From NCBI RefSeq assembly GCF_000150275.1, contig NW_002060943.1, positions 9,060,390 through 9,124,389 on the forward strand: a DNA stretch of 64,000 nucleotides, written 5' to 3'. Shown one piece after another: positions 14,401 through 27,227 of this stretch. Under the pieces are notes generated by a model. That model did no database searches and was not told the DNA's origin. It saw only the letters and a list, made by a program, of their open reading frames with translations. Position 1 is the first letter of the stretch. The number at the start of each line of letters is the position of its first letter. The position numbers and the translations under genes were made by a program. Source of the stretch: Trichoplax adhaerens (taxonomy: Eukaryota > Animalia > Placozoa).

Positions 14401-16891
14401 ACTGTATACTCAACTTAGCTAGTAGGTAAAAGCATTTGTCAACGTCTTGCTAGAGTATAACTAACATCCTTTGCCTTTATCCATCGTCGGTATTGCTAAA
14501 TCGATAATTTCTCTAATTATGAGACAGTAGCGTAAATTAATAAATAATTCAGTGAAATCATCGTTAATAGATCGCTGAATAAAGCAGTTATTGTTGATAC
14601 TGCAATCAAAAGCTTCGTCATCTTTACAGTCTATCGGTCGTAAGATTACCTTTCTTCTTGGTTTTTACGATAATCTTCGCTTTGATTCATGACTAACATG
14701 GCTGGATTAGTTTCCAGTATTTCTAGATTTTGAAATTAAATAAAAACAATTATTATTTCACTAATCTGATGTATGTTATTCGTCTACAGTCCTAATATAA
14801 TACCTATCTTATATGTTTCTACTTAAGTAATTAGTAAACTAGTCAATAAACTGCATTATAGGATTACAAATTATTTTACACAGTTCAATGATAGTGCTAC
14901 ATACTGTATTATTGCATGATTCGTAAGTCTATATTATTAAACAAACTTTGATTACTGGAAGTGATTATAAAGTACCGGTACCAAGGTAGTACTTATTAAC
15001 TGGGTTAGATCACAGAATATGATATATAATAATTGCGTGTTTGCATAACATTAAAATATTTTCTAAGTTAAGCATCGGTTATAAGTTATATTGGATTAGC
15101 AACGAAATAGAGAATCAACTAGTTCTATATAATTTTAATATCATTTAGTTTAAATCAATCGTGTGCCAAACTATTTTTACTTGCACAACGTTAAATTGAT
15201 CTAACTCAGATGAAAAGTAATCTATAATTTAAATCATAACGGATTCTGAATTTAACCTTACTCATAAAAATGATAATTTATTCCCTGGAATATAATAAAA
15301 TCTAGTATAAAGTTATTTTTTAAACATAATGAACGTTATGTATGTTTACATATGAGCTATCTTGTTACACTTTTGCTCTCAGCTTTATGAAGATTTAATT
15401 TTGTCCTACTACTATTCTGTTTCACTTTGTAAAGATTGCAGTTCTGGAACATATTTCTATCCTCAAAACTCTGTACCACTTTTTGTTTAAATGCATTATT
15501 TCGATTTCTTCAAAGCTTATTTTTAGTTTTAAGTAATTCCATATATTGTATGACAATATTAGATATAACAAAAGCGATGTTTAACCAATAACGTACTAGA
15601 TAAATACTGCTGTTGTGATTTTCGGTATCTCATATGCCTTTTCCAATTATCTAGAGCAGCTTCTTCATTTGCCTGAATTAATAATTGAAGTATTAACGGT
15701 TTAAAATGTTTTTATTATAGCGATTAATATCGTGATATTTAGAAATAATAAAATTTTCTTACACTTTTTGACATTGTAATATTATTATTTCCAGCAGTAT
15801 CACTATCACTCGTATGTTGAACCGGTGATTCAATTATCTATTTTAATAAAGCAATTTTACAGCATATTCGTATATAATTCAACGATCGTTAGCATCCATG
15901 ATAAGTTTACTTACGAGATCGTATACTTCAGGTGATTTTAATGGCTAAAAAAAAGGATATATTAATAGCTATATATAATATATTTACATGTATGTTGATA
16001 GATAATGATATTAAAATTCGTAAGAAGTTTATGATTGATCCTTTGTAAGTGCTCTTATAAAAATAAGTAAATCTTACTTGCTGCTGCTTTTTTAATGAAG
16101 TCGAATTAAAATCAGAAATGGAACCGAGAATGCTGTGAGGTATTAGTTGTCCTTTTCTATCTAGCCTTGGACCAGAGTGTAAAGGCTCTTTCGATGCTAT
16201 CATTAGATGGAATGTACATAATACATCATATATATAATGTAACGATATTAATAGCTTTAAGATAGTTGATAATAGTTGATAAATAAAATCCTTACCATCC
16301 ATACTCAGCATCACTGCAGATTCTGTAGCTTCCGATGCGGTAACCTTCGCTACGTATATACTATTTATAAGAAAGTTAAATATAGTTAATGTCGCAATAT
16401 TTTTTAGAAAGATCTTTAGTTACGAATAATGCGCGATTCAAAAACAGACCATTTAGTTTTCGTATCAACCCCTGTATTGGTTATAACATTATCCGCTGGT
16501 TGCTTCCGAATCTTATATGTTACTGTAGGCTTCGAAGTTGCTGATTTATCCTCTTTCGGTTGATGTATCTAAGATTATTGTCAATACCCATACGCATTAA
16601 TATGACATAAGATATATTTGCTAACCTATTAATATCACAATAATACTTTGACAAATCAAACATCATTCCTACCTTAAATAGATCCTCATCTTTGATAATA
16701 AGCGGATCAAGGCTATTAACTGTGTTATGACCGATCTTTTGATTATTATTTGAATAGCTAGTTGTACTGAATTGAGGTAACGGTTTGTCTTCAGTTAAAG
16801 TGCTGTTATTGGTTGGGGCACCTTGTCCAGTACTATCTGGCGGTGTAGCTACCTTGTCCGGTGTCAAATCACGTTTCGGACGAGATTTCAT
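8455..16891 (-). CDS. MYCBPAP: MYCBP-associated protein (MYCBPAP-like, motile-cilium central apparatus protein), multi-exon
   Basis: Exons encode GPRLDRKGQLIPHSILGS, ALDNWKRHMRYRKSQQQYL, GPCITVAGQTVRWEGE, LENLGTSTIYFSW-type Ig-like segment, FTFKSSNPGIFTETWCMNTKP, WDWSIDML and LKYKEKLYSQ|VYNMMEATIDKM. ATG 16891 has an in-frame stop upstream; stop TAG 8455-8457. Family recognised from memory. Confidence 0.8.
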
Positions 16892-17924
16892 TTTATCTAT
16901 GTTGTAATATTCATTTAATATGTTAGAAATAATTTCTAATCGATAATTTTAATTCCTGATTTAAAAAATAAATTTTAACTATTGTTTTTTTAACGTACTC
17001 AAAAATTTTGACATACGTATACTGTGCAATGTGCATGTAGTTACTTTTTTACGCTACTACCCAAATTTTTACTCAACAAGTGCTTGAAAGATATAATTCT
17101 ATCATTCCTGTACTTATTTATTCAATATCCTATAAATATTAATTCTACCGGTAGACTTGGGCCTTTCCTTCTTATTCGGTTTTACAGATGGCATTTTCGC
17201 TATGATATATTATACACACCAATATATATAATATGGTCTATGTTTTAAATGTCCTACGATTGCAATAAAATATGAGCAGTTTTAAACATAGGTAGATTAA
17301 ACCAGATTGGCAAAAATAATAAAATTTCTAGAGACAGAGACTACGCGACGTGTATATCCTAATCATAGTGACATGAGTGATACATTAAATTTCATTATCT
17401 TTTCGTGCTGCTCTACAGTATAAATAAATAAATTAACTTTTATCCAGATGTTATCGTTATAGTAAGAATACATTTTACGTATAGTCGCCATAGGAGAAAG
17501 ATTGAGTACAATCAATACATCACTTTGTAGTTACCGATAACTTACCCTGTGCCTATTCCTATCTATAACACATACACGAAACGATAATGAGTAACGAAAT
17601 TTGGAGCTAGACTGTATGATGCATACATTTACTCGCATAAGACTATGCATGTAAAATTTAAACTATCGGCTTCTAATTTTATTTGGACACTTCTGTAGAT
17701 AGATATTTTAATTTAAAAAAATCGATTACTATCTTCTATACCTTGATTTTAGTACGGGCATTAGCCATAAATCATCCCTTATTCAAATGTTTCAATATTT
17801 ACCACTGTTAGTATCGATTACTCCGTATTTGCTTGGTGTATTCTGATCGTAAACGTCCGTTTGCCCTGGTCTCTAGTAGCCATAGCAACGATGGTCTAGT
17901 TTTATGCACTGTGTTTAGTGTGAA

Positions 17925-18370
17925 TTGTACTGTAGACTTTCTCCTTAAGTACTGTATGATTAAGGTGAAGAGCGACAGCCCATACAGCGCAGTAGAGAAA
18001 TTGATGATTGATAGAGACATTGTATAGTCCACGTGTACAGTACAGTACAGTATACATTGTACTGTAGCCCGGATTGTTCGTAATGACGTACTGTACAATG
18101 GTACATACTCTACTGTCCGATACTACAGGTAGTAGTATACAAGATACTATAGTTGTATAATACAGTAGTTCAGCCAAAGTGAGCCAGCAGACAGACTACC
18201 GCTACAGCTAGTGACTTGACTTGACCAGACCGAGTACTGTACTGTAGATCTTGTATCAGAGGGTATGTACTCAGTCGGGACTACTTATTCCTAGGTCTTG
18301 TACCTATTTGAGTACAGGCGGTGCCCACCTTGAGGGGTACCATGCTTAGTACTGTACGCTGTACAGTACC
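17925..18370. repeat. TACAG/CTGTA pentamer-rich island in the divergent MYCBPAP / Sel1-A promoter region
   Basis: Repeated gtactgta, tacagtacagtacagta and actgtactgtag between two head-to-head genes. Confidence 0.75.
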
Positions 18371-18638
18371 TGCAGAGCTGCCATCGAGGACATCCAGCTT
18401 CAAAGGGCGATTTCGAGGCTGGACGATTTCATCTTGGTGATTATTCTGTTTAAAACTACGGCGATTAATTGGATCTGATGTAAGTAATCTTGATAGCTTT
18501 CTTTCCTATAGCGATTGTTGTTTATACACATAGTTAGATTGTGTAAGTACGTTAGTGTGCAGGTGCTATTTATTGTTTAACATCAGCAAGTAAAACAATC
18601 GACGTACTCAATTATACTTGTATTATAGACAGTACATT

Positions 18639-20189
18639 ATGATGGATGCAAGCCAGCCAGGCAAATTAGAGGATTACCAACGATTACTTTTGCAACCTTT
18701 CCTGTCCAAGAGATTGGAAAATGAGCTATATAATAAATTGATGAACTATTGTGAGAAGGAACGCGATTCCCATAGTTTATTTCAGCTAGGTTGCCTATAT
18801 CAACAAGGTCTCGGCAAGTGCGAAAAGGATTTACATAAAGCTAAGCAGTTACTTGATAATGCAGCTAAACTGGGTCATGCTAGAGCTATGTACAATCTCT
18901 GTCAGCTTTATGGAAGCCAACCATCTGCTCAATTTGCCAATGTTGTTAGTGAAAGTGAATTAATTGATATCAAAGTACATTGGTATATAGAATCTTCCTC
19001 TCAGGCTCTAGTCTATTCTAACTCTGGAATCGAGTTATGGAGTAATTATAATGCTTCAGTAGCTTGGCGTAAGGCTGTTATGGCAGAAAGGGCACGTTTG
19101 CTAGATAGAATTTCCCAGAAAGATTACCAAGATATTCTCCAATTAGGCAAACTCATGAATCAGGTCAGTTACATTGCCCTACAACTAAGTACAGATGATA
19201 GCGGCTATAAGACTGCAATAGACGGCTTGGAATCGGCATGTCGTCTTGGTAGTGCTGATGCCTATTGGAATCTGGCTGCATTAGTATACCACAATGGTCT
19301 TGGTGTAAACAAAGATGAGGAAAAAAAACTTCAACTCATGTATCAAGCAGCTGATAGCAACCATGTTAGAGCTCAATTTTGGTTAGGAGAGTATCTATTT
19401 TCATCATTAGTTGGTATGGAAGAACAGTGTACAAAGGCTTTGAAGTATATGAAGCAATCATTGCAATATCCTTTTGCTAGTACCCTATTCTGGATTGGCT
19501 ATGGTCATTTGTTAGGTACCGGTGTAAGTCAAAATTATGCCCTTGCAGTGCAATACTTTCAACTTGCTGCTGTTTCCTCCGATTACCTATTTGGCATCGG
19601 AAATAGTTCAGCTTGTAGTTGGTTGGCTTTTATGTATACCAAGGGGCTAGGTATGACAATAGACTTTACGATGGCGTCTCATTATTACGCTATGGCAGCA
19701 AAATCAGGAAATAAGCATTCATTTAATGATTTAGCCAAACTAATAGAAAAAAGGAAAATTTCTTGTTGCGAGTTAGATATCGCGATTAAATTATACAGCA
19801 TAGGTGCTGGGGAGAACGTGGAAGATACGTCGTCTTATTATGCCAGACTTAGACTTGGAAAAATATACTCGAACAAACGCTATCATAAAATTTACAATCA
19901 AGAGAAAGCTACTGAGTACTTTACTCAAGCATTACACTTACTGAAATCGTCTGTTTGTAAGGATACACGTTCCTATCGTTACTATCACTTGGGAATCATT
20001 TACGAAAATGGATATAATACTGATGTAGATTATTCTCAAGCAGCTAAATATTATTCATTGGCGAAAGAAGCAGCTGCTAAGGTTTATGATATATTAGATA
20101 GATATTACGGAAAGAAGGCCGAAAAAAGACTTACTAAAATTATGAATTTAACGCTAGCAAAAAAAGAAAGTAAACAAACAACAGTTTAA
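18639..20189 (+). CDS. Sel1-like repeat (SLR) protein A, single coding exon, no evident signal peptide or TM
   Basis: Uninterrupted ORF from ATG 18639 (after acceptor tattatag at 18628). SLR consensus repeats: FQLGCLYQQGLGKCEKDLHKAKQLLDNAAKLGHARA, YHNGLGVNKDEEK, GTGVSQNYALAVQYFQLAA, YHLGIIYENGYNTDVDYSQAAKYY. Confidence 0.9.
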   Translation: MMDASQPGKLEDYQRLLLQPFLSKRLENELYNKLMNYCEKERDSHSLFQLGCLYQQGLGKCEKDLHKAKQLLDNAAKLGHARAMYNLCQLYGSQPSAQFANVVSESELIDIKVHWYIESSSQALVYSNSGIELWSNYNASVAWRKAVMAERARLLDRISQKDYQDILQLGKLMNQVSYIALQLSTDDSGYKTAIDGLESACRLGSADAYWNLAALVYHNGLGVNKDEEKKLQLMYQAADSNHVRAQFWLGEYLFSSLVGMEEQCTKALKYMKQSLQYPFASTLFWIGYGHLLGTGVSQNYALAVQYFQLAAVSSDYLFGIGNSSACSWLAFMYTKGLGMTIDFTMASHYYAMAAKSGNKHSFNDLAKLIEKRKISCCELDIAIKLYSIGAGENVEDTSSYYARLRLGKIYSNKRYHKIYNQEKATEYFTQALHLLKSSVCKDTRSYRYYHLGIIYENGYNTDVDYSQAAKYYSLAKEAAAKVYDILDRYYGKKAEKRLTKIMNLTLAKKESKQTTV

Positions 20190-20498
20190 AACACTAAAGA
20201 TAAATCATAAATTTATAAAATACTGTAAAAAGATCGATACTTGGACGATACATAGAAATATTACGATTGAACATTTTTGATTTTCTTTATTCAATTTACT
20301 TATTTATATGCGTAGAATGAAATGTAATATCTTTTATATACTTCAAATACCCACATTGTTGACACTACATTGAAGGGGTGTCAACTACTTATGCAAAATA
20401 TAGTAAAATATTGCAGGCGCAAGGTATATATATATACATCAGGGATAGATCTTATTGTCATTTGTTAATAAAACTTTCTCCGGAACCCTTTATAGTTC

Positions 20499-23400
20499 TC
20501 ATAAACTGAATTCGTCACATTCACTTGATGATATTAAATATGATGTTGAAAGCTCGCTGTTACTTGTATTATCCTGATGGTCAGTTCCTATTTTTATTGT
20601 AGACAAATAAATAAATTAAATTCTTTTCAGAAATTAAATCGTAAAATATTATCTTTAAAGATTGCAAAGTACTGAAATCAAAAAGTTTACCTTCATGAAC
20701 ATTGAAACTATGAGCAATCGCTGAAACATTAAAATTTGGCATTTCGTTCGAAGCAGACATAGTCCATATGTACGGTTCATCACTATCGCAATGTAAAAAA
20801 AGGTACTACGAATTCATAATCACGACAATTTTAGTAATAACAACAAGACTATGTTATCATCTTACGCAGGCACTATACTTTTTCCGTCACAAAATGCTGG
20901 CAATGAAAGAGCGAAAGCCATTAACTGATGGCTATCCTTGTAATATTGAAGTGCGGCTCTAATAAGTTTAAAAAAATATAAATATTTTACCTATCTTATT
21001 AAAATGTATCGCTTAAACCACCTAATTCACTATCATCTACAAACTTTAGCAGCTTTTCGATTATAGATCCACTTGGGTTTAGTTGAGTTTTAACGATAGC
21101 TAACATATCAAGGATTGAATGCATTTTCTTTAGATACTGTAATTTATCTTCCATATTTCCACCATACTGCAAATAATCATCCAATTGCTGCATCATCCTC
21201 ACTGTTGAGATGTCTTCAGATAGTTTAATAAAACATATCTGTAAACTTTCATGGTTACATTTAGGTACTAACCTTAATTGGTTCTTTAATAAATAACCTT
21301 ATAATACTAATAACTTATTACCCGCTATATAATTCAGATAATCTTTTCTGAGTTTGTCCAAACCAATTTCTACTAAACAATCAATAGGTCGTTTATCTCC
21401 AGGCCTAATATAATGTAATTATATATTTTAATCCAAGATAACCAATATATATACAAGGCGAAGTAATTTCACTTTGCTATTGAATCAATTAGATACCCTT
21501 ACCAATTGAATTTGAAATTCGTTTCATTTTTATCCTTAATTAGTCCAGACTTTAAATTTAAAGTGAAACTTTAATGAAATCTAATGGAAGCACAGATTAT
21601 CGTATTTTTTAATAAATATTTTACAATACCAAATTAGTTAGAGTTATTTCTAGTAATCTTCCAATTGCAGTGGCTAGCGAATTTTGATGCAACGGGTCAA
21701 GCTAATCCAAAAAAATACAATAAACTCTTTCGATGTTATTTAATTAAAACTGCATATTTTACGAAATGTAATAGCTCATCGCTACCTGTGGCAATAATCT
21801 TCCGTCTGCAAGTTTTTGGGCAATGTAGGAAACTGCCTCGGTAAGTTCATTTAGGTTATTACAATCTAATTAGCAAATGACTGCATTAGAAATGACAGGA
21901 TACATCGCAACACTTCGCAGTAACGTAGTAAATTATATACATAATACTGAGCTTGCATGTATACGTATGTTCGTATCTATTTTAGCAATCATGGATGTTA
22001 AGTTAGCATCTGTCTATTACAGGTACGTCTCGAGACTAATAAGGCATACATTTTAAAATTATCCATATTTTATCAACGAAGTCAAAATCAGATCGAGGAC
22101 ATATTATATACGATGAAATTGAAGAGTCCAAGCAGGAATCTGATTTATCAAGAAACTAGAAAACAAATAATATACGTATTATTGCCAATCATAATAATTA
22201 AATAAATGTCTAAAAAGTACTGCATATTTTAACTACGACATACTTCATCATTGGATGAAATTTGAATAGGTTTGCTTGGATCTGAAGAGTAAAGAGAAAG
22301 AAATTTACTTGTACATATGTTGTCATCAAACACCAAGTTTATCTTAGTGCTGCTTTTGAATATTTTAGGAGAAATATGAATCAATCTTGTCTTAACTGGA
22401 TAATTATAAACATTAACATCCTACGCACCTTGAAGGAATGATTTTACCGACGACATTACGTCGACCTTGTAACCACAATGAGTCGGCCATATTTCTACAT
22501 CTTTGTTAGAATACATCCAATATTTCTGATACAGAAATATTATAATCAGGTAAAAAACGATGTAGATGTAAACAACATGGTCTAACTTGAAAGTTATTAA
22601 GTTATAAGTTGTTACTTCAAGAATTTCGAACTCTTTGTAAGCCCAGTTTATTGGAGATCTAGGATCGCCTGGGAACCCTTTAATAGTCTAGGCACATAAT
22701 AACATGTTTAGTATCCTGCAAATATAAAGCAAATACCGCATTAAAAGGATAACCTTACTAGGATTGCATCGGACATCAAGGCCGGTTTTTCAATTAATGT
22801 ATTTAAGCCTTGCCATACTAACTCCAGCGTTAAACTACTCTTCAACTTGGAGTCCTGTTACATAAACAAATATCATTAATTGTTGAAAGTGAAACATGAC
22901 ACTAAATTCGATAGTTGTAAGTAACATAAATTAAATGCCCATGTGGTTCTTTAGCAAGTATCTGAATTAAATCTTACCTCACTAATCGGGCTAAGTAGTC
23001 GATACTGTGCATATCCTTGCGCTTTCATCTAATACAAAGTTAGCTCAGAATTAAGAATTGTTTATAAGAATTTTAATGCTGATATTTGCCAATTTTTGGC
23101 GGGATCGTACTTTAGATTCGGCCGTCATTCCTCTAGCTGTAAGACGATTCTCTAATTTTGGTACATCACTTCGCTTATATAATTTTTCTGTGTAACACAA
23201 CCATTCATACTAATTTAAGCTAATACATTTTTAGCGGAATAAATAATCTCTCCTTAAAATATAGAGTTTAATAGTATCAATCACCTTCAGTCGAAACGGT
23301 CCATGTCGACAGCTTTGTGACTGTGAGTTCAATCGGTTTATGAAACGAATTAGATATTTAAAACTATCATTAGAAAAAGTAGAGACTGTAATGATTCAAT

Positions 23401-26006
23401 CCTATTGGTATAACATTTTAATCTATGGAAATTATGGGTATCTTACAACTATCCTGTACGGAAGTCACGATTCCTAAGTATATAGAAGCACCATTCTTCG
23501 TAGTTAAAATCCAGCAGGGTTTTGCTATCGTTTGCCCATTTCTGACAGGGCTAGTATGAGATAACGCAAAATACGATAACAGTTGCCTGCAACAATAGCA
23601 AGAAATACCACGATGACATACCATTTCGATTTTCTCATATCTAACTAGTAATACAAGAAAAAAAATAAATTGAACTAACGTTCTTACCTAGCGCTAGCAT
23701 ATGGTAGTGGGATCATAGAATCAGCTGCAATATTCCATGAAACAACTTCATGTAAGTTATCTGAGTGAAATGTCTAGACAGTTATAAAAATAAAAAATAA
23801 AAATATTTTAAAAATGGTTTAGTCAATAACACGGTATTTCTTATCAGTAACATCACGAAAATATTAAGTGTTCTAAAGTATAAGGCGTTAACTTCATTTT
23901 TAAGCTTAGATACTTAACCTCGAAAACATTGATCATTTGGCCAAGGGCATCATTTGCTGGACCTATGCGAACGAATCTTTCTGCCGTCAGGGTCAATGAG
24001 ACAGGATATTCTTCACCGTCTTCTTCTTCGAAGGACGTAGATTCGTAACTGTTATTGAACTGATTTTGATCATTTACTGACGATACTTCATCTTGAATTA
24101 ATGCCTAAATTGAAAATAAATATTACATTATAATAAGCGCAACACTATGCAACATTCTCTATTGATACCTATCAGTCTATCACTCTCAGTAATGCCATTC
24201 TTGAGATAATTTAATTAAAGTACATATATCGCACTATAAGCCAAAAATTTACTGTAAGTACTAACAGTTCGCGAATATCCAGTTACGAGATAAAATCCAC
24301 TTTTACCCGAAGCCAAATTAACTTTAGGATGGTTTACACCCTCTGGTATCATATAAACGTTGCAAATTTCCTTTAAAGTTAAAATAATTAAATTAACCGA
24401 GAATATTATTATAATTCGTTTTGACATTATCTACAGGTATACTATACAGTATATATAAGTTATACCTAGGAAGAAAAAAGAAATAATTATCACAAAATTT
24501 ATATCTGACGTATCGAAATATCCTGTTACTCTAATAGTACATATATATATATATACTGCTCCAGGCGAGGACTTCTAAGAGGAAATTTGTAAAAAGTCTC
24601 TGACTGTAATTATACAGACATTCTGGCATATCAGTGCCATATAGGATGTTTATACAATACAAAGTATAAGTTAAATAATCTAGCTTAGCAATAGCCGTTG
24701 TAAACCGGATACAGTCAAATTATGGTCCACTCAGATGAATGGATAGTATTTCTATCTATTACATCGTACAATATTATTTATTAAGTAATGTAGAGTTGCA
24801 GACTTCATGCAATGTTAAACGGTTATACGTTCCGCGTACGATACAAATATTCTAATACCTTACACATTTACATGTAGTAAAATGCTGGATGAGAGGAAAA
24901 TTTTCTAATTACATCATGCATCAGCAAGTTCACTATTCTCGTAAACATAAGGTCGAAAACGCTATTTTTGCGCCCTGTAACACTAGTAAGAATTGAGAGA
25001 GTTGCCCAACTCCTAGCCTGCTATTTCAATATTACTGAATAATGTAGCATTGAGGCGTTAACTACTCGATTTCTGCAATAGTTGGCGGATTTAATTTTAT
25101 CTCACCTTTGTCTTTCCACTAGCTATCCTTTTACAGTACGATGCATGCATTTACAACTGCACATGCATAACTAATTGATCACTTTATTGGGGTTGATAAA
25201 TCCTACGTTATATATTACAATAAATATTATATTTTATAAGATCCTAGTGTACTTATAGTGAATAATAAATAATGTATTGGGCGAAGCAATTTTGGAATGA
25301 AGATTCAGCGAAATTAAATATCGTTGTGCGCACGAAGCAGTTATGTCTATGCTAGTTGACTGCTGTACCTTGAATTGGGTCGGGAAAATCTGAAAGCTAT
25401 TTCTCGACTCATGTCGTAAATCTTCGGCTTTCAAACTACCTCAGAAAAAAATAAAAGTAATTTAGTCATGGATTGTATGGCACACAGTTTAGTAAAATTG
25501 CTTCTTTATATTCTTCTTCTTCTTTTAATACGAACATCGCAAAGTGCTTCTGTATACGCTTACTCCTATCTTACACAATTACAGAAGCTAAAACAACTAT
25601 ACTGTCTCACAGTACTGCATTTAAGTAAATATCCTTCAGTTGTATGTATGGCACACAGTTTAGTAAAATTGCTTCTTTATATCCTTCTTCTTTTAATAAC
25701 GAACATCGTAAAGTGCTTCTGTATACGCTTACTCCTCCTATCTTACACAATTACAGAAGCTAAAAAAACTATACTGTCTCACAGTACTGCATTTGAGTAA
25801 TGTAAATATCCTTCAGTAGTATGTATTTAGTCCTACTATAATAAAATATAAGCAAGATTTGAGAAATGAAATGATAGACCATCATTTTATTGTACCTTAT
25901 AAGAAATTGAAGAAAGTTCTCAGAATCGCTTTGCAGCCTTTCCATTTTACATCACCCGCCAAATTTTGTACTTCAATACTGATCGTATAAATTGTATTGT
26001 TTCCAT
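20499..26006 (-). CDS. ZWILCH: Zwilch kinetochore protein (RZZ complex), multi-exon
   Basis: Exons give PLPYASAR|QLLSYFAL, GYAQYRLL, LTLELVWQGLNTLIE, IKGFPGDPRSPINWAYKEF, RSDFDFVDKIW and CLVEIGLDKLRKDYLNY. Last exon YLISSSECDEFSL, stop 20499-20501. The first two exons (METIQFIRSVL| from ATG 26006; exon ~25369-25435) are inferred from splice phase and are less certain. Confidence 0.85.
25474..25826. repeat. Two-copy tandem duplication (~171 bp period) in ZWILCH intron 1
   Basis: tgtatggcacacagtttagtaaaattgcttctttata... starts at 25474 and again at 25645, near identical with small indels. Confidence 0.9.
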
Positions 26007-26094
26007 ACGGCAATAACAAGTCTAAGAGCAATTGCGACAGCGGCTGCGCGACTTAAAGGGACCTTGAATGAAAACAGTGCCATCACACTGATTA

Positions 26095-26390
26095 CAGACT
26101 GTACAGTGTACAGTACAGTACTAGAGCCTCTAAGGATCTGCACTGTACACTGTACAGTACAGTGTACAATACTAAGTTGTACAGTGTACAATACTAAGCT
26201 ATACTAGTGTACTGTATTGGTTCGATTTGTAATTACTGTACTGTACAGTACTGTACAGTCAGTACCTTACCGTATAATTCCCTTATACTGTACAGTATTG
26301 AGAAAATTCATAGTTACGCAACTGTACTGTACCTTATAATTCCCTTATATTGAGAAATTCATAATTAGGTCCTTCCTATACAGTACCTAT
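26095..26390. repeat. TACAG/CTGTA island upstream of ZWILCH
   Basis: actgtacagtgtacagtacagtac and actgtactgtacagtactgtacag, plus a duplicated tataattcccttata...ttgagaaattcata. Confidence 0.8.
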
Positions 26391-26995
26391 TTTCCTGTAA
26401 TGGCGTAGTCCCAAATTTGTTTCTTTTGAATGATATGGTCCTTTTTTAATTTGTGCAGTGCACATGGATACTACTGCAAATAATGCAGTCTTATGTACAA
26501 AGTGGTCTTTATTCGATACTACGCTATAGTAGTTCGATTTGTAATTAGAATGTGTTGTAAGTGTCAACGGCGTACGTATATAAGCCGCCGCTTTTCCTTA
26601 CAGTAAAGAGAGAGAGTAGGAGTTAGTTGTTACTTTGACAATAACTTCAACTACGCCTACAATCTCTTGTCTCCCATGTTGATGGAGAGCAGGACGAAGC
26701 TTCAACACGGTTGTTAGTATTAACTCTCCATAGCAATAACACAACAGTCTTCATGGTCTCCGGACCAGACTCTGCTGAGAATAGAAATGATGAACAACTT
26801 TGAACTCGGGTTTGCAACCCGTCCCAATTTTGTTACTCGGCTATGAAAACCCGGATGCAATCCTTAGTCACAACTAGTCCACTTTATTATTATTCGCTGA
26901 GCATTATACAGTAGATTAAAATTCTGTAGTTGGATTGTATTACTTTACAATAGGTTAAAATTTTACAACTACAATATTTTTTTATTTTATAGTAA

Positions 26996-27155
26996 CTAGT
27001 GCAAACTCCCGTCGCTTTCCTGACGGTTTAATATTGCTAGGTATACAATGTTGACTAGACCCTTTCTATTTGAAAGTTCCGTATGCTTGAAGACGGTTTA
27101 ATCAGATATCATGATTTCTCGAACAACATACATTACGGCATCTTATACATAGAGA
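26996..27155 (-). mobile_element. Short non-autonomous Helitron-like element (160 bp)
   Basis: Minus strand reads A|TCTCTATGTATAAG ... CCGTC-aggaaagc-GACGG (hairpin 27009-27026) + 9 nt + CTAG|T. This gives a 5' TC, 3' CTRR, subterminal hairpin, insertion in an AT dinucleotide and no TSD. The 3' end is convincing; the 5' end is the best local candidate. Confidence 0.65.
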
Positions 27156-27227
27156 TATCTCTAAATATGCCTGGAGTTCGGTGGCGTACGGGGGAAAAAA
27201 AATAGGTTTTATTGTTGTGAAGAATAA

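Noticed and set aside
18240-18345. TPP riboswitch or U12 snRNA resemblance on the minus strand (CTGAG..ATACCC; CCCTCAAGGTG)
   Set aside because: Only short word matches. It lacks the TPP ACCUGAU and CGNAGG elements and the U12 5' end and Sm site, and the wobble pairs favour the + strand.
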